A DNA stretch of 47,189 bases. Source: an uncultured Enterobacteriaceae bacterium (GTDB lineage: Bacteria; Pseudomonadota; Gammaproteobacteria; Burkholderiales; SG8-39). The stretch's first letter is position 1. Every line of letters begins with the position of its first letter. The DNA lies in NCBI GenBank assembly GCA_964546195.1, contig CAZJJC010000233.1, positions 1 through 47,189 on the forward strand, given 5' to 3'. The notes beneath the pieces are model-generated. The model was not told the DNA's origin. It worked only from the letters and a program-made list of their open reading frames with translations, and made no database searches. The translations under genes were made by a program, and so were the position numbers. This document shows, piece after piece, positions 17,177-30,271 of this stretch.

Positions 17177-18720
17177 AGTTGATGCTGCGGGTTCAAGCGC
17201 TCCATTTTGCTCTCCAGCTTGTTCAGCGCGTTGATGTAGGCCTTGGCCGAGGCCACCACGATGTCGGTATCGGCGCCCACGCCGTTCACTATACGCCCGC
17301 CCTTCGACAGGCGCACCGTCACCTCGCCCTGCGACTCGGTTCCGGTGGTGACCGCGTTGACCGAGTACAGCAGGAGCTCGGCGCCGCTTTTCGCGATGCT
17401 CTCGATCGCCTTGAACGTGGCGTCGACCGGGCCGTCACCCTTCGCATCCGAGCGCATCTCCTCGCTGTTCTGAAGCAGCACGACGCAGGCGTGCGGACGT
17501 TCCCCCATGCCGCTGCCCTGGCTCATCGTCACGAGCTTCCAGTGCTCCTCGGAGGAGCGCCCGGCTTCCTGCGTCACCAGCGCCTGAAGGTCCTCGTCGA
17601 AAATCTCGGCTTTCTTGTCGGCGAGGTCCTTGAAGCGCTGGAAAGCCGTGTTGTACGCGTCCTCGCTGTCGAGCTCGATGCCGAGCTCCTTCAGGCGCTG
17701 CTTGAAGGCGCTGCGGCCCGAGAGCTTGCCCAGCACGATCTTGTTGGTGCTCCAGCCGACGTCTTCGGCGCGCATGATCTCGTAGGTATTGCGCGCCTTG
17801 AGCACGCCGTCCTGGTGGATGCCCGAGGCGTGCGCGAAGGCGTTGGCCCCGACCACCGCCTTGTTCGGCTGCACCACGAAGCCGGTGATCTGCGACACGA
17901 GGCGCGACGTCGGCACGATGTGGGTGGTATCGATTCCCACCTCCAGGTTGAAAAAATCGGCGCGGGTCCTGACGGACATCACCACTTCCTCGAGCGAGGT
18001 GTTGCCGGCGCGCTCGCCCAGGCCGTTGATGGTGCACTCGACCTGCCGCGCGCCGCCGATCTGCACCGCCGCGAGCGAGTTGGCCACCGCCATGCCCAGG
18101 TCGTTGTGGCAATGCACGCTCCAGACCGCGCGGTCGGAGTTCGGGATCTTCTCCCGCAGGCTTCTGATGAATTCGCCGAATTGCTGCGGCACTGCATAGC
18201 CCACGGTGTCCGGGATGTTGATGGTGCTCGCGCCCTCCCTGATCACCGCTTCGAGCACGCGGCACAGGAAGTCCAGCTCGGAGCGCGAGCCGTCCTCCGG
18301 CGAGAATTCGACGTCCGGGCAGGCGTTGCGCGCAAAGCGCACCGACAGCCTCGCCTGCTCGTAAACCTGCTCCGGCGTCATGCGCAGCTTCTTCTCCATG
18401 TGCAGCGCGCTGGTCGCGATGAAGGTGTGGATGCGCCAGGCGCTCGCCCCCTTCAGGGCGTCTATGCCGCGCTGGATGTCCTTGTCGTTGGCCCGGCACA
18501 GGCCGCAGACGGTGGAGTCCTTGACGGCATTGGCGACGGCGCGCACCGCCTCGAAGTCGCCGTTTGACGAGGCCGGGAAGCCCGCCTCGATCACGTCGAC
18601 CCGCATGCGCTCCAGGGCGCGCGCGATGCGCAGCTTCTCGTCCTTGGTCATGGAGGCGCCCGGGCTCTGCTCGCCGTCGCGCAGGGTGGTGTCGAATATG
18701 ATGAGTCGCTGAGTGCTCAT
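17173..18720 (-). CDS. leuA: 2-isopropylmalate synthase
   Basis: Starts at the internal ATG ([21 protein letters not shown]). Contains [17 protein letters not shown] and the C-terminal LeuA regulatory domain. 515 aa. Confidence 0.95.
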   Translation of the reverse strand: MSTQRLIIFDTTLRDGEQSPGASMTKDEKLRIARALERMRVDVIEAGFPASSNGDFEAVRAVANAVKDSTVCGLCRANDKDIQRGIDALKGASAWRIHTFIATSALHMEKKLRMTPEQVYEQARLSVRFARNACPDVEFSPEDGSRSELDFLCRVLEAVIREGASTINIPDTVGYAVPQQFGEFIRSLREKIPNSDRAVWSVHCHNDLGMAVANSLAAVQIGGARQVECTINGLGERAGNTSLEEVVMSVRTRADFFNLEVGIDTTHIVPTSRLVSQITGFVVQPNKAVVGANAFAHASGIHQDGVLKARNTYEIMRAEDVGWSTNKIVLGKLSGRSAFKQRLKELGIELDSEDAYNTAFQRFKDLADKKAEIFDEDLQALVTQEAGRSSEEHWKLVTMSQGSGMGERPHACVVLLQNSEEMRSDAKGDGPVDATFKAIESIAKSGAELLLYSVNAVTTGTESQGEVTVRLSKGGRIVNGVGADTDIVVASAKAYINALNKLESKMERLNPQHQL

Positions 18721-18870
18721 GGAGTGGTCCCTTGGCCTCTTCTGGCCAGGTTGCGTGCTCGGATTGTGGGCAGGGGTATTTAGCGCGCGGGGCGCAGCAG
18801 CAGGCCGCCCAGCGCGAGGAGCGCGAGCGGGAGGAGGCTCGAAACAAGCATGGCCTGCTGCATGCGTGGC

Positions 18871-18900
18871 ACTATAGCTCGAAAGATGCAAAAAAGGCAA
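18871..18900 (-). promoter_or_regulatory. candidate sigma70-like promoter upstream of a Leu-rich mini-ORF and leuA
   Basis: On the minus strand: TTGCCT (18900-18895), 18-nt spacer, TATAGT (18876-18871). The -10 box ends 7 nt before an ATG at 18863. Confidence 0.3.
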
Positions 18901-18902
18901 CG

Positions 18903-20111
18903 ATGAGCCCCGGTCGCCTCCTCGCGATCTGCGCCGCGCGCGTGTTCCTGTTCGCCAGCTTCATGACCGTCGCCGCGGTCATTCCGCTGATCGCGCTCGA
19001 CTGGCAGCTCAGCGCCACGGCCGCCGGTGCCATCGTCTCCAGCTTTACGCTGTGCTATGCGCTGTCGGTGTTCGGCTTCGGCTGGGCAGCGGACCACTTC
19101 GGCGCCAAGCGCATGGTGATCGTGTCGGCCCTGGTCGCAGCAGCGGGCAGCGCGGGCTTCGGATGGCTGGCGCGCGACTGGGGCTCGGCGATGCTGCTCT
19201 ACGGGCTGGTCGGCCTCGCGCAGGGTGGCGTCTACACGCCCCTCATCATGGTCCTGTCGGACGAGATAGCGCCGCAGGCGCGCGGCAAGGCCATGGGCTG
19301 GCTCATTGCCTCGACCTCGGCCGGCTACGCCGGCTCTCTCGCCCTGGCGGGCCTGGGCGTTGCGCTCGGCGGCTGGCAGCTCGCCTTCCTGCTCGGCGGG
19401 ACGGTGCCGGCGGTGGGCGCCGTGCTGTTGATCATCGCCCTGATGCCGTTCGCCCACCGCGTCCACCCGCGCTCTGCAGGGGTGCGCCTGAGCGACGAGA
19501 TCGTGCGCAACCGCGCATCGCGTCTGCTGATCGCTGGCTACACCGGTCACTCCTGGGAGGTGGTCGGGATGTGGGCATGGATCCCTGCCTTCCTGGCGGC
19601 GGGCTTCGCGCTGAAGGGCGCCGGGGCGGCCGGCGCGACGGTCTCCGGCGCCTATCTGGCCGGCAGCCTGCACCTCGCCGGCGCCATCGCCGCCTTCACC
19701 ATCGGCCGGCTGTCGGATCGCACCGGCAGGCGCCCGCTGCTGGTCGCGCTCGCCGCGGCCGGGGCCTGCGTGTCCTTCGTCATCGGCTGGCTGATACACG
19801 CACCCTCGGCGGTCCTGATCCCGCTCGCGCTCGCCTACGCATTTGTCACTCTGGGCGACTCTCCGGTGCTGACCGCAGCCATTTCCGAAGCGGTGCGCCC
19901 GGGCTATCTCGGTGCGGTGCTCGCCTGGCGCGGGCTCGCCGGCTTCAGCGCGGGCGCGCTCGCGCCGCTCGCCCTGGGGTTGGTCCTGGACGCTGCAACC
20001 CATGCCAGTGCAGGCCCGGCGGTGTCATGGGGCGTGGCCTTCGCAACGCTGGGGCTGGGCGGGCTGGCCGCGACCCTGTGCGCGCTGGCGCTGCGCCGGC
20101 CGGTTGCATAA
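18903..20111 (+). CDS. MFS transporter
   Basis: Starts at the internal ATG ([16 protein letters not shown]...). About 12 hydrophobic segments and [13 protein letters not shown] loop motifs. Confidence 0.85.
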   Translation: MSPGRLLAICAARVFLFASFMTVAAVIPLIALDWQLSATAAGAIVSSFTLCYALSVFGFGWAADHFGAKRMVIVSALVAAAGSAGFGWLARDWGSAMLLYGLVGLAQGGVYTPLIMVLSDEIAPQARGKAMGWLIASTSAGYAGSLALAGLGVALGGWQLAFLLGGTVPAVGAVLLIIALMPFAHRVHPRSAGVRLSDEIVRNRASRLLIAGYTGHSWEVVGMWAWIPAFLAAGFALKGAGAAGATVSGAYLAGSLHLAGAIAAFTIGRLSDRTGRRPLLVALAAAGACVSFVIGWLIHAPSAVLIPLALAYAFVTLGDSPVLTAAISEAVRPGYLGAVLAWRGLAGFSAGALAPLALGLVLDAATHASAGPAVSWGVAFATLGLGGLAATLCALALRRPVA

Positions 20112-20117
20112 TGCCGG

Positions 20118-21260
20118 ATGGAAATGGAAAGGCGCCCGCTCGAGCGCATCGAGCCCGGGCTGCCGGCAAGCTGGTACCGCGACCCCGAGCACTACCGGCG
20201 GGAGCTCAAAGCCTTCTGGTACTCGCGCTGGGTCGCCGTGGCGCGCGAGGAAGAGCTTTGCGCTGCCGGCGACTGGCGCTTGGTCCGCATTGGGACACAG
20301 TCCGTGGTCATCCTTCGCACGCAGGCGGGCGGGATCAATGCTTTCCACAACACCTGCCGGCACCGCGGCTCGGTGCTGTGCACCGAAGACAAGGGCAGCT
20401 TCGCCCGCGAGCGCATCGTCTGCCCGTACCACGCGTGGACCTACGACCTCGACGGCCGCCTGGTCGCCACGCCGCGGCGCATGGAAACGTCGGACTTCCG
20501 CTTCGCCGATTTTCCGCTTTACGGGGTGGCGGTGGACCAATGGAGCGGCTTCGTGTTCATCAACCTCGGCGCGGATCCGGCCCCTCTTGCCGACTCCATC
20601 GGCAAGCGCGCGGAGCGCTTCAAACGTTATGGCCTGCGCGAGCTGCGCATCGGCAGGCGCATCGTGCTCGACGTCCAGGCCAACTGGAAGCTCCTCGGCG
20701 AGAACTTCTCCGAGTGCTTCCATTGCCCGCCGGTGCACCCGGAATTCTGCAGGATCGTCACCGCCTATCAGGACGCCGGTGCCTGGGGGCTGCGCGGCAC
20801 GCCGGAATCGAGGCCGCAGTACAAGGCGGGCGCGGCGACGCTGACGCTCGATGGCAGCTCGCGGCTGCCGCCGTTCCAGGGCCTGCGGCAGGAAGAGCGC
20901 GAAAAACTCTATAGCGCCGACATGGTACTGCCGAACCTCTTCCTGAACGTGCATCCCGACTACGTCAATTCGCAGCTCATGTTTCCGACCGGCCCGCACA
21001 GCGTGCGCATGGTCTACGACTGGCTGTTCGAAGCGCGCCACCTGCCCCTGGCCGGGGACGACCTGCAGCACTATGTCGCGCTATGGGACATCACCAACCG
21101 GCAGGACGCTCGCAACTGCGAATGGCAGCAGCAGGGAATGCAATCGAAAGCCTTCGCGCACGGGGTCTACGTGCCGCAGGAATTCGACGCGCACCGCTTC
21201 GCGCAGTGGGTGCGCGCCGGCCTAGCGGCTAAGCAGCCAGCCGATAAGGCCGAGCGCTGA
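20118..21260 (+). CDS. Rieske [2Fe-2S] non-heme iron oxygenase, alpha-subunit type
   Basis: Rieske motif CRHRGSVLC...CPYHAWTY and a mononuclear iron region ENFSECFHCPPVHPE. 380 aa. Confidence 0.88.
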   Translation: MEMERRPLERIEPGLPASWYRDPEHYRRELKAFWYSRWVAVAREEELCAAGDWRLVRIGTQSVVILRTQAGGINAFHNTCRHRGSVLCTEDKGSFARERIVCPYHAWTYDLDGRLVATPRRMETSDFRFADFPLYGVAVDQWSGFVFINLGADPAPLADSIGKRAERFKRYGLRELRIGRRIVLDVQANWKLLGENFSECFHCPPVHPEFCRIVTAYQDAGAWGLRGTPESRPQYKAGAATLTLDGSSRLPPFQGLRQEEREKLYSADMVLPNLFLNVHPDYVNSQLMFPTGPHSVRMVYDWLFEARHLPLAGDDLQHYVALWDITNRQDARNCEWQQQGMQSKAFAHGVYVPQEFDAHRFAQWVRAGLAAKQPADKAER

Positions 21261-21460
21261 AAGCACCCCGACGAGCGCGCCCAGCACCGGGGAAGCCGAG
21301 GCCTCGCGGGACTGCGCCGGCGCCCGCGGGCTGGCTTGCTCGCTCGGCTGGAAGCGCGGGTAGCATTTTCCGATTCGACCCATACCCCATCATGGGCGCG
21401 CCGCGCCGGGGCGAGAAGCGGCTTTAAACACTTTGACAAGCAAAGACGATCGCTTGTTGC

Positions 21461-22243
21461 TTATTCCTCGGGCAGCACCGGACGGGCGCGGTGCCCCATG
21501 CCCCACATGACATAGCCTGACAGGGCGTAGGACATGAACAGCGCCCAGAGCACCAGCGAAGGGCGCGAGGCCACGATCGAAATGCCGATCACGCAGGCGA
21601 GGATCACCCACAGCGGCACGCGCTTTTTCCAGTTGACTTCCTTGAAGCTCCAGAAAGGCACGTTGGACACCATCGTGACCCCGGCGAACACGGCGACCAG
21701 CCACACCAGGTAGGCGATCCAGTCGGTGGGCCGGATGCCGAAATCGACCAGGAACCATACCAGCCCGGTGATCACGGCCGCGCCCGAGGGGCTGGGCAGG
21801 CCCTGGAAATAGCGCTTGTCGACCAGCGCGATATTGGCATTGAAGCGCGCGAGGCGGATGCCGGCGCCCGCGCAGTAGATGAAGGCGCCGGTCCAGCCGA
21901 GCGTGCCCAGGTCCTTCAGCACCCAGATGTAGGCCACCAGCGCGGGGGCCGCGCCGAAGGCCACCATGTCCGCGATGCTGTCGTACTGCGCGCCGAACTC
22001 GCTCTGCGTGTTGGTCCAGCGCGCCACGCGCCCGTCCATGCCGTCGAGCAGCATGGCGACGAAAATGGCGATGGCGCCGATCTCGTAGCGGCCGTTCATC
22101 GCCTGCACGATGGCGAAGAAGCCGCAGAACAGGACCCCGGTGGTGAAAAGGTTCGGGAGCAGGTAGATGCCTCGGCGGCGCAGCCCGCCCAGCCCCCGCG
22201 GGGCCGGCGCTAATTCGGTGTCGAACTCCGGGTCGTCAGCCAT
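21461..22243 (-). CDS. pssA: CDP-diacylglycerol--serine O-phosphatidyltransferase
   Basis: CDP-alcohol phosphatidyltransferase motif [28 protein letters not shown] in a multi-TM protein. Confidence 0.92.
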   Translation of the reverse strand: MADDPEFDTELAPAPRGLGGLRRRGIYLLPNLFTTGVLFCGFFAIVQAMNGRYEIGAIAIFVAMLLDGMDGRVARWTNTQSEFGAQYDSIADMVAFGAAPALVAYIWVLKDLGTLGWTGAFIYCAGAGIRLARFNANIALVDKRYFQGLPSPSGAAVITGLVWFLVDFGIRPTDWIAYLVWLVAVFAGVTMVSNVPFWSFKEVNWKKRVPLWVILACVIGISIVASRPSLVLWALFMSYALSGYVMWGMGHRARPVLPEE

Positions 22244-22887
22244 GCGAGCACGGTCTCCGCTGCATACACCTTCTCGCCGATCGCCGCCTTCACCTGCGCA
22301 TCCAGCGGCAGGTACAAGTCCACGCGCGAGCCGAAGCGGATGAAGCCGAAACGCTGGCCGCGCGACAGCTCGGCGCCCGCGTCAACATAGCACAGGATGC
22401 GCCGCGCGATCAGGCCGGCCACCTGCACGCAGGTTACGTCCCGGTCCTCGAGGGTCCGCAGCCACAGCGCATTGCGCTCGTTGGAAAGCGAAGCCTTGTC
22501 GAGCGCCGCGTTGACGAACTCGCCGGGGTAATACCACCTCTGCCTCACCACGCCGTCCACCGGCGAGCGGTTGGAATGGACGTTGAACACGTTCATGAAC
22601 ACGCTCACCTTGAGCGCCTCGCGCTGCAGGTAAGGGTCCCGCGTGCGGCTGACCTCGACAATGCGGCCGTCGGCGGGCGAGAGCACCGCGCGCTCGTCAT
22701 CGGGAACCTCGCGCGGCGGGTCGCGGAAGAACTGCAGCATGAACAGCGTCACCAGCCAAAACGGCACCGACCAGCCCCAGCCGCCCCACACGGCAACGCC
22801 CAAGGAAACCGCAAGCCCTGCGGCGAGGAAAGGCCAGCCCTCGCGCGCGATGATCGGGTGGGGATAGCGGGTTCTGCCCTCCTTCAT
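22210..22887 (-). CDS. psd: phosphatidylserine decarboxylase proenzyme (short type)
   Basis: 225-aa ORF with [13 protein letters not shown] and the self-cleavage region [10 protein letters not shown]. Its 3' end overlaps the pssA start by 34 nt. Confidence 0.9.
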   Translation of the reverse strand: MKEGRTRYPHPIIAREGWPFLAAGLAVSLGVAVWGGWGWSVPFWLVTLFMLQFFRDPPREVPDDERAVLSPADGRIVEVSRTRDPYLQREALKVSVFMNVFNVHSNRSPVDGVVRQRWYYPGEFVNAALDKASLSNERNALWLRTLEDRDVTCVQVAGLIARRILCYVDAGAELSRGQRFGFIRFGSRVDLYLPLDAQVKAAIGEKVYAAETVLAWLTTRSSTPN

Positions 22888-22888
22888 G

Positions 22889-26135
<3,247 letters not shown>

Positions 26136-26182
26136 GTTCCCCCGGGCCGCTGGCAAATGCGGCGGAAAAGCTTTGAACAATA

Positions 26183-26845
26183 ATGGCTTGGTGCGGTGCG
26201 GTCAAGCCGCGCGCCGTCTGGCAGGCAGGCGTTTTTGGTACCATCTGCCGCCAAACAACGCCGCCCCGGCAGAGGGTTCTACTGGCATCCCGCAGCGAGC
26301 TATCGGCGTTTCTCGAGAGCGTCGAGCGGCGCGCATTCAAGCAGGCCGTATTCGCCGTGCGCGAGGAGGAATCGGCGCTCGACATCGTGCAGGACGCGAT
26401 GCTGCGGCTCGCCGAGAAATACGGCCACCGGCCTGCGGCCGAGCTGCCGCTGCTCTTCCACCGCATCATGCAAAACGCGATCCGAGACTGGTTTCGCCGC
26501 CAGAAGGTGCGCGCGCTTTGGACCACGCTGCTTTCGTCGCTGTCGCCGGGGCGGGAAGACGACGACCAGGACCCCCTGGAAACGCTGGAGGCGTCCGATG
26601 CCTCAAACCCCGAGGCACCCGGGATGGAGCTGGAACGGACTCAAGTGCTTGAAATAATTGAGCAAGAAATCACCCGCTTGCCCGAGCGTCAACGGGAAGC
26701 TTTTCTCATGCGTTACTGGGAGGAACTGGACGTGGCCGAAACCGCCCGAAGGATGGGCTGCTCGCAGGGCAGCGTGAAAACGCATTGCTCCCGGGCGGCG
26801 CATACTTTGGCAGCGGCGCTTAGAGTGCGGGGAGTTACGCTCTGA
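26183..26845 (+). CDS. ECF-type RNA polymerase sigma-70 factor
   Basis: Region 2 (ALDIVQDAMLRLAEKY...FHRIMQNAIRDWFRR) and region 4 (LPERQREAFLMRYWEELDVAETARRMGCSQGSVKTHCSRA). ATG 26183 is the only canonical in-frame start upstream of region 2. Confidence 0.88.
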   Translation: MAWCGAVKPRAVWQAGVFGTICRQTTPPRQRVLLASRSELSAFLESVERRAFKQAVFAVREEESALDIVQDAMLRLAEKYGHRPAAELPLLFHRIMQNAIRDWFRRQKVRALWTTLLSSLSPGREDDDQDPLETLEASDASNPEAPGMELERTQVLEIIEQEITRLPERQREAFLMRYWEELDVAETARRMGCSQGSVKTHCSRAAHTLAAALRVRGVTL

Positions 26846-26868
26846 ACCGGCAGGGTCCTGATAAAACC

Positions 26869-27252
26869 ATGAACGAGATGCAAATCGGAAACAAAGTCCG
26901 CCAGGTCCTGAACCGCGGACTGGGGGACGACACCCGCACGGCGCAGCGGCTGAAGGCGGCGCGCTTGCTCGCGCTCGAGCGCCAGCGTCTGGGGCCCTCC
27001 CCTGCCATGGCCTTGGCCGACAACGTGCTGGGCCTCGGCGGCGGCTGGGGCGGCCTGGCGTGGCGCCTGCTCGCTTCCCTCACCATGGCCGCTCTCGCCG
27101 CAGCGGTGATCTACAACTGGCAGCACAATCAGCGCGCCGCGGAGCTCGAGGAGATCGACGCGCAGCTGCTCACCGACGACCTGCCGATCGACGCCTACCT
27201 CGATCGCGGCTTCCAGAACTGGCTCAAGCAGCAACGCAGCGCGGAGCAGTAA
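26869..27252 (+). CDS. DUF3619-like single-pass membrane protein (possible anti-sigma partner)
   Basis: 127-aa ORF with one central TM (WRLLASLTMAALAAAVIY), immediately downstream of the ECF sigma gene. Confidence 0.7.
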   Translation: MNEMQIGNKVRQVLNRGLGDDTRTAQRLKAARLLALERQRLGPSPAMALADNVLGLGGGWGGLAWRLLASLTMAALAAAVIYNWQHNQRAAELEEIDAQLLTDDLPIDAYLDRGFQNWLKQQRSAEQ

Positions 27253-27686
27253 TGGTCCGCGCCGCGCTTGTCGTGCTGGCGCTGTGCTTGGCGACAGGCG
27301 CGCCGGCGCAGCCGGCTGGCAAGAAGGCGAGCAGCCCTTTATGGGCCGCGCTCACCGCCGACCAGCAGATGATCCTTGCCCCGCTCAGGGACGACTGGGA
27401 AAACATAGAGCCCGAGCGGCGCCGCAAATGGATCGGGCTCGCCAAGCGCTATCCGAAGATGACGGCACAGCAGCAGGAACGCGTGCAGCTGCGCATGCAG
27501 CGCTGGGCCGCGCTTACGCCGGAGCAGCGCCGCCAGGCGCGCGAGAACTACAAGCGCATGGCCAAGCAGCGCGCGGAAAAACGCGAGCAGTTGCGCCGCC
27601 AGTGGGCCGAGTACCAGGCGCTCCCGCCGGAGGAGCGCGCGCGCATGGCGCCGCCCCCGGGCCGGCCACCCAAGAATCCGAAGTAG
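27252..27686 (+). CDS. DUF3106-like secreted protein
   Basis: TAATG overlap with the upstream gene. Signal peptide MVRAALVVLALCLATGAPAQ. Repeated W...L.P.QR motifs (RRRKWIGLAKRYPKMTAQQQERV..., RWAALTPEQRRQAREN...). Confidence 0.7.
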   Translation: MVRAALVVLALCLATGAPAQPAGKKASSPLWAALTADQQMILAPLRDDWENIEPERRRKWIGLAKRYPKMTAQQQERVQLRMQRWAALTPEQRRQARENYKRMAKQRAEKREQLRRQWAEYQALPPEERARMAPPPGRPPKNPK

Positions 27687-27689
27687 CCG

Positions 27690-28088
27690 GTGGCGGCAAC
27701 CCCCGGGCTGCCGCGCCGGCTCGCGAGCCTGGGATACGAGGCGCTGCTGCTGTTCGCCGTCGCCTTCTTCGCCGCCTGGACGTTCTACTTTGCCAGCGGC
27801 GGCGCGGACACCATCCACGCCGGCTGGCCGCGCCTCGCGCTGCAGGTGTTCATCGCCCTGGTCTTCGCCGGCTACTTCCTGTGGTGCTGGCTGCGCGGCG
27901 GCCAAACACTCGCGATGAAGGCCTGGAAGATCCGCCTCGTCGAAGTCACGCCTAAACGCGCGCTGCTGCGGTTCGTGCTCGCAGCATTGCTCGTGCCTAC
28001 GCTCATCTCAGTCCTGTGGAGCCTGTGGGACCGCGACCGGCAGTTCCTCCACGACCGCCTGGCCGGGACGCGGCTCGTTTGCGCCTAG
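27690..28088 (+). CDS. RDD-family membrane protein
   Basis: GTG start. RRLASLGYEALLLFAV... with three TM segments and GQTLAMKAWKIRLV, typical of RDD domains. Confidence 0.8.
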   Translation: MAATPGLPRRLASLGYEALLLFAVAFFAAWTFYFASGGADTIHAGWPRLALQVFIALVFAGYFLWCWLRGGQTLAMKAWKIRLVEVTPKRALLRFVLAALLVPTLISVLWSLWDRDRQFLHDRLAGTRLVCA

Positions 28089-28098
28089 CGGCGCCGCC

Positions 28099-29190
28099 TT
28101 ACCTTCTTTCCACCCACCACATCATGAGCATCGCCGCCGCGAGGAAGGCGGCGCTCGGCAGCACCGCGGCGGAGAACGGCGGCCAGTTCTGCAGCAGACC
28201 GATGTGCGAGAACAGGCTGTTCAGCATGTGGAAGAAGATGCCGAGCATGATGCCGAGGAAGACCTTGAGCCCCAAGCCGCCGGCGCGCGCCGACATGTAG
28301 GCGAAGGGCAGCGCGAGCGCCATCATCACCAGCGTGGCCAGAGGGTAAAGCAGCTTCTTCCATAGCGCGATCTCGTAGCGCTCGGTCTTTTGCCGGTTGC
28401 CGGCAAGGTGCTGGGTGTACTTGTGCAGCGCCCAGGCCGACATGCGCTCGGGCCGCACGATCAGGGCGTCGAGCATGTCCGGGCTCACTGCCGAGCGCCA
28501 CTCCTGCTGGGCGAAGCGCGCGGTGCGCGGCCCCTGCGCCGTGAACTGCGTCTCCACCACGTTGGCCAGGTGCCAACGGCCCTTGCCGCGGTATTCGCCG
28601 CGCTCCGCCGCGGTCATCTTGTGCAGGCGGTATTCGGTGTCGAACTGGAAGATGCGCACCCCCTGAAGCACGTTGGCCTGCCGCGCCTCGCGCACGTTGA
28701 TGAAGGAGCCCTCGTCCTTGAACCACAGCCCGGACTGCAGGTCCTGGCCGATGAGCGAGCTCATGGCGCGCAGCTTCACCTTCTGCGCCTGCTCTTCGGC
28801 GGCGGGCGCGACCCACTCTCCGATGAGGAAGGTGAGCACCACGAAAGCGAGGCCGATCTTGGCGAGCACCAGCGCGGCGCGCCGCGGCGACAGGCCCGAG
28901 CCGCGCATCACCGTGTACTCTGAATTGCTGGCGAGATGCGCGAGCACGTACAGTGTGCCGATCAGCACCGCCACCGGAAACAGCTCGTAGGCGTTGGTCG
29001 GCGCCGACAGCAGCACGAAAACGAACACCTGCCGCAGCTGGTAGTCGCCCCTTCCCAGGTCGCCCAGCTCCTTGATGAGGTCGAAGAAGGCGAACAGGCC
29101 CAGGAAGGCGGCCAGCACGAACGTCACGTTGCCGTAGATCTGGCGCGCGAAGTAGCGCTCCAGGGTGCGCAGGCGGGTCCTGGCGGCCAC
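28099..29190 (-). CDS. lptG: LPS export ABC transporter permease
   Basis: YjgP/YjgQ-family permease (LERYFARQI...). I place the start at GTG 29190, 4 nt downstream of the lptF stop. Confidence 0.9.
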   Translation of the reverse strand: MAARTRLRTLERYFARQIYGNVTFVLAAFLGLFAFFDLIKELGDLGRGDYQLRQVFVFVLLSAPTNAYELFPVAVLIGTLYVLAHLASNSEYTVMRGSGLSPRRAALVLAKIGLAFVVLTFLIGEWVAPAAEEQAQKVKLRAMSSLIGQDLQSGLWFKDEGSFINVREARQANVLQGVRIFQFDTEYRLHKMTAAERGEYRGKGRWHLANVVETQFTAQGPRTARFAQQEWRSAVSPDMLDALIVRPERMSAWALHKYTQHLAGNRQKTERYEIALWKKLLYPLATLVMMALALPFAYMSARAGGLGLKVFLGIMLGIFFHMLNSLFSHIGLLQNWPPFSAAVLPSAAFLAAAMLMMWWVERR

Positions 29191-29194
29191 GCGG

Positions 29195-30271
29195 CTAGCG
29201 CCCCAGCCGCAGGCGGATGATCTGCATGCGGCGCGCGAACATGAACACCAGCAGCGCAATCATGCCGGCGTGCACCAGCCAGCAGCCGACGTCGAAGTCC
29301 ATGCGGCCCTGCGCCACGCGCGCCTGGCTCACGCTGAGCAGGTTCGAGTAGACGATGTAGGTGAACAGCGCGAACAGCAGGTTGAGCGAGCGGCCGGCGC
29401 GCGGGTTGACGAAGCTCATCGGGATCGCGAGCAGCGCGAGCACCGCCGCCGAGATCGGAATGCCGACACGCCAGAGCAACTCGCCGAGGTTGGCGTCGCT
29501 GGGGTCCTGGATCAGCGCCCAGGTGGTCAGGTTCTTGTGCGTGAGCTGCGGCGCGGACCCCTCCACGGTCTCGATGCGCGCGGCGTAGCGTTCGAACTCC
29601 ATGACACGGTACTCGTCGTCGCCCGGCGCGCCCTCGTAGCGCCGGCCGTCCTCGAGCACGATGAAGCGGTCGCCGTTGGGCGCCGTCTCGGTCTTGCCGC
29701 TGCGGCTCATGCTGACCCCGCTCTTCTGCTGGTGCACCGAGCTCACGAACACGTTCTGCACCACCGAGGAGTCGCCCGAGATCGACTCGACGAAGAACAC
29801 GCGCTCCTTGCTCGAGGTCTCGCCGAACACGCCGGGGCTGACGCGGCTCACGTCGTCGCGCGCATCCACCTTGGTGCGGTACTGCTCGCTCATCTGGGCC
29901 GCCCACGGCGAGATGAACAGCGACAGCGCGGTGATCACCGCGATCTGCGGCAGCGCGAACAGCATCACCGGCTTCAGCCAGGCTGCGAGCGACAGCCCCG
30001 AGCCGAACCAGATCACCATTTCCGAGTCGCGCCAGCCGCGCGTCAGCGTGAGCAGCACCGAGATGAACATGGTGAGCGACAGCAGCACCGGCAGCGCGCC
30101 GAGCGAAAAGAAGCCGAGGAAGGCGACCACGGCATCGGTGGGAATCTTGCCTCCGGCCGCCTGTCCGAGCAGGCGGATGAGGCGCGTGGTGAGCGCGATC
30201 GCGAACAGCGTCATGAACACCGCGCCCGCGAGTCCAGCGAATTCCCTGAGGAGCGCCCGGTGGAAGATCAT
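29195..30271 (-). CDS. lptF: LPS export ABC transporter permease
   Basis: 358-aa YjgP/YjgQ-family ORF (MIFHRALLREF...). Divergent from pepA, as in E. coli. Confidence 0.9.
   Translation of the reverse strand: MIFHRALLREFAGLAGAVFMTLFAIALTTRLIRLLGQAAGGKIPTDAVVAFLGFFSLGALPVLLSLTMFISVLLTLTRGWRDSEMVIWFGSGLSLAAWLKPVMLFALPQIAVITALSLFISPWAAQMSEQYRTKVDARDDVSRVSPGVFGETSSKERVFFVESISGDSSVVQNVFVSSVHQQKSGVSMSRSGKTETAPNGDRFIVLEDGRRYEGAPGDDEYRVMEFERYAARIETVEGSAPQLTHKNLTTWALIQDPSDANLGELLWRVGIPISAAVLALLAIPMSFVNPRAGRSLNLLFALFTYIVYSNLLSVSQARVAQGRMDFDVGCWLVHAGMIALLVFMFARRMQIIRLRLGR

Noticed and set aside
21222-21383. 53-aa minus-strand ORF (MGRIGKCYPRF...SPVLGALVGVLSALGLIGWLLSR) with a C-terminal hydrophobic helix, in the Rieske/pssA convergent gap
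   Set aside because: It is below the track threshold. There is no properly spaced SD (GGGG lies directly against the ATG). It overlaps the Rieske gene 3' end by 39 nt. Hydrophobic Leu/Gly/Ala runs arise easily by chance in GC-rich sequence.
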